Shown here in pieces: positions 61,252 through 64,000 of a stretch of DNA of 64,000 nt. Each line of letters starts with the position of its first letter. The stretch's first letter is position 1. The notes beneath the pieces are model-generated. The model ran no database searches. It saw nothing but the letters and a program-made list of their open reading frames with translations, and was not told the origin of the DNA. Position numbers and translations under genes: made by a program. The DNA is from Candidatus Latescibacterota bacterium (lineage in GTDB: Bacteria; Latescibacterota; UBA2968): the NCBI GenBank assembly GCA_965207885.1, contig OZ242311.1:5760001-5824000 (forward strand), given 5' to 3'.

Positions 61252-64000
61252 ATGACACGTATTTTATACCCTATCCTGTACGCGATCTTCTTTTTTTCGG
61301 GTGCAGCCGCTCTTTTGTTTGAAACTCTGTGGTTCCGCCAGGCAGGGCTTACATTTGGCAATAGTATTACGGCATCCAGTCTGGTGCTGGCCGCATTTAT
61401 GGGTGGTTTGGCACTGGGCAATGGCTTATCTGCTCGCCTGGGCAGGCGTATCGCACGCCCCGTACGCATCTATGCGCTGTTGGAAATTGCCATTGCCCTG
61501 TCAGGGGTAGCCATCGTTTGGATGTTGCCCGCGTTTACTGCAGGGCTATCGGTTTTTCTCGCATCTTTTCTCGATTCCCCCCTTTTGCTCAACGCATTGC
61601 GCCTGCTGCTGAGTTTTGCCATTCTCATCGTGCCCACCACTGCGATGGGCGCTACCCTGCCCATTCTCGTCCGGGCATTGCGCGTGCGAGACGACGCTTC
61701 TATATCCGACGATGAAGGTGGTTTTGGGATCGCGCTTGGTCGGCTCTATGCGTGTAATACGCTGGGCGCTGTGGTCGGCGCAGTCGCGGGAGAGATTGCT
61801 ATTATTGAATGGGTTGGAGTCCTGGGCACGGCATGGGTCGCCGCGCTACTGGATATTATCGCTGCCGGGGGTGCTTTGGGGATCGCACGCTATTTCTCTG
61901 GCGCGCGCGAAGTAAGTCCTTCGAAATTGGACAAGCTACCAACCTTCCGGGCCGGATGCTTGCTGGGTGCTGCCTTTCTCTCGGGAGCTATTCTTCTGGC
62001 GCTGGAGGTCATCTGGTTCCGCTTCCTCCACCTTTTTGTGCCCGCGACTACGCTTGCGTTTGCCGTGATGCTCTCTGTGGTACTCACAGGTATTGGCGTG
62101 GGGGGTGAGTTGTCCGCCCGATGGCTGCGCCGCAATGCCGGGGCATTTCGCGTGCTTCCCGCCCTCGCCCTCAGCTCCGGGATACTCACGGTTGTCACCT
62201 ATCTGACTTTTGTCTATGTGGTGACACCTTTCGGAACGGGGTATATTGGCAACATATCGCAAATCCTGACACTATCTCTGGCATTGATGTTTCCCGTATC
62301 TCTTCTCTCGGGCATCCTATTCACTTTCATCGGTGCCGCGCTCAATCGCCATGTGCAGCCCGATACCCGGGCCGCTGGTCTGCTCACGCTCGCCAATACC
62401 ATCGGTGCTGGTCTGGGTGCGCTCATTGCGGGTTTTGGGCTGTTGCCCATTCTGGGCATGGAGATTGCAATCTTTATTCTGGCCCTTTGCTACGGTGTTG
62501 TCGCTTTTCTCGTTTTAGGTCTGCGCCGGAAGTACCGGGTGTATTACGCCCTCTTTGCCGCGTACCTCCTGGTGCTGATCCTTTTTCCCTTTGGGCGGAT
62601 GGAGAATACGTACTTCACCTTTGTCGCGCAGCGCTTTGGCTATCCCGATACATGGAAAATCGCCGGTACCCGCGAAGGACGCACGGAGACGATTATCTAT
62701 TTGGAAGGTGCTTATTTTGGCGTGCCGGTTGCGTACCAGATGCTCACGGATGGCTTCTCAATGGCGTCCAGCAGTCTGGTCAATCGCCGCTATATGAAGC
62801 TCTATGTGTACTGGCCTGTCGCTCTCCATCCCGATCTCAAAAAAGCACTGCTGATCAGCTTTGGCGTGGGTTCTACAGCCAAAGCACTTACCGATACGCG
62901 ATCACTCGAGCATATTGACGTGGTCGATATCTCCCGCGACGTACTCGATATGAATCGCATCGTCTATCCCGATCCGAACGCACAACCTCTGAAAGATCCC
63001 CGGGTGCGCGTGCATATTGACGACGGGCGTTATTTTTTGCAGACAACGCAAAACCGCTACGATCTCATCACCAGTGAACCCCCGCCACCCAGACAGGCCG
63101 GCGTGGTCAATCTCTACTCGCAGGAATATTTCCAACTCATCTACGACCGTCTTTCAGAAGGGGGCTTATGCACGTACTGGCTTCCGGTTCACCATCTCAA
63201 ACCCGAGGATACAAAAGCCATTATCCGCGCCTTTTGCAATGTGTTCAAAGACGCTTCTCTTTGGGCTGGAGCGGGTTTTAACTGGATGCTCGCCGGCTCT
63301 CGAAATGCCTCTTATTCCCCATCAGAGAACTCTTTTAGCCGACAGTGGCACGATCCCGTCGTGCGTTCCGAACTTCGCGCCCTCGGGCTGGAGCGTCCCG
63401 AACAACTCGGTGCTCTCTTCATGTCTGATGCCGACCACCTCAACGCGCTCACACGCGACACCCCACCACTGGTCGATAATTATCCCAAACGCCTTTCCGT
63501 GGGCTTTTTCAACCGCGAACCCCATCGGACATTTTACGACCGGTGGATGAATCCCCTGCTCACACGCGAGCGCTTTGAAAAGAGCACCTTTATTCGCAAA
63601 GCATGGCCTTATGGCATGCGAAGGCGCACGCTCGATTATTTTGAAGCGCAGCGCCTTCTCGAGGCCTCGCTAATTTCTCAGGCTGACAAAACGCGCGATC
63701 AGGGGACTCGCATCGCGACCCTCCACACGCTTCTCACGCAGATCGATCTGCGCACCCTCCCGCTGTGGCATCTCCAAATTCAGGACGATTTACTCTATGC
63801 GGTTGATACCCGCCTCAAAGCAGGCGAAGAGAAAACCCCTTACCTCCCCTACCTATCTGCCCGCGCCCTGGCGGAGCGCGACTATACCCTTGCCGCACGG
63901 TATTATGCCCAATCTTCCGATCCGACGCTACGCTACCTGTATCTCTACGCGCTGTGTATGGCGGGCAACACTGCCGAAGTCGAACGCCTCGCCGCTGGAT
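61252..64000 (+). CDS. Fused MFS-like membrane / spermidine synthase-like protein, runs off window
   Basis: MTRILYPILYAIFFFSGAAALLFETLWFRQ..., GRLYACNTLGA, SFGVGST, DDGR, DLITSEPP; absent from the ORF track because it has no stop in the window. Confidence 0.85.
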   Translation, partial: MTRILYPILYAIFFFSGAAALLFETLWFRQAGLTFGNSITASSLVLAAFMGGLALGNGLSARLGRRIARPVRIYALLEIAIALSGVAIVWMLPAFTAGLSVFLASFLDSPLLLNALRLLLSFAILIVPTTAMGATLPILVRALRVRDDASISDDEGGFGIALGRLYACNTLGAVVGAVAGEIAIIEWVGVLGTAWVAALLDIIAAGGALGIARYFSGAREVSPSKLDKLPTFRAGCLLGAAFLSGAILLALEVIWFRFLHLFVPATTLAFAVMLSVVLTGIGVGGELSARWLRRNAGAFRVLPALALSSGILTVVTYLTFVYVVTPFGTGYIGNISQILTLSLALMFPVSLLSGILFTFIGAALNRHVQPDTRAAGLLTLANTIGAGLGALIAGFGLLPILGMEIAIFILALCYGVVAFLVLGLRRKYRVYYALFAAYLLVLILFPFGRMENTYFTFVAQRFGYPDTWKIAGTREGRTETIIYLEGAYFGVPVAYQMLTDGFSMASSSLVNRRYMKLYVYWPVALHPDLKKALLISFGVGSTAKALTDTRSLEHIDVVDISRDVLDMNRIVYPDPNAQPLKDPRVRVHIDDGRYFLQTTQNRYDLITSEPPPPRQAGVVNLYSQEYFQLIYDRLSEGGLCTYWLPVHHLKPEDTKAIIRAFCNVFKDASLWAGAGFNWMLAGSRNASYSPSENSFSRQWHDPVVRSELRALGLERPEQLGALFMSDADHLNALTRDTPPLVDNYPKRLSVGFFNREPHRTFYDRWMNPLLTRERFEKSTFIRKAWPYGMRRRTLDYFEAQRLLEASLISQADKTRDQGTRIATLHTLLTQIDLRTLPLWHLQIQDDLLYAVDTRLKAGEEKTPYLPYLSARALAERDYTLAARYYAQSSDPTLRYLYLYALCMAGNTAEVERLAAG

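Noticed and set aside
1-64000. tRNA or rRNA genes
   Set aside because: No recognisable cloverleaf or rRNA sequence seen

Overview
Bacterial window, probably from an FCB-group organism (Latescibacterota/Gemmatimonadota-like, inferred from FlgD/T9SS-type C-terminal domains, PorV, GWxTD proteins and many sulfatases). The first 17 kb is the end of a type III CRISPR-Cas locus: a truncated RAMP/Cas7 gene, a CARF-HEPN (TIGR02710-like) gene, and what looks like one long array of 37-bp repeats (ATCAGGAAGAATTACCCGCTTATTGGGGTATTGAAAC) that has been interrupted three times. The interruptions are (i) a complete group IIA intron inserted antisense inside a spacer, (ii) an Eleos-like LeoBC/LeoA dynamin pair, and (iii) a VapBC + DUF4926 cassette whose last stop codon abuts a full repeat. 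The array is followed by a sigma54 promoter with enhancer-like palindromes, an orphan degenerate repeat, and a CRISPR-associated primase-polymerase (CAPP)-cas1-cas2 module. The remainder holds a glycosyltransferase, sulfatases, a K+ channel, an argR-PIN-argCBD operon (ArgR fused to an antitoxin-like tail), an S9 peptidase, HigBA, a sigma54-preceded secreted-protein locus with a duplicated lipoprotein, FabV-like and beta-CASP genes, a TonB/PorV/GWxTD cluster, an IS4-family element, a Cre-like recombinase and a partial MFS/spermidine-synthase fusion. The best candidate for a new system is a CRISPR array acting as a landing pad or expression platform for defence-gene cassettes and a retroelement. 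All calls come from motif recognition by eye; no searches were run.
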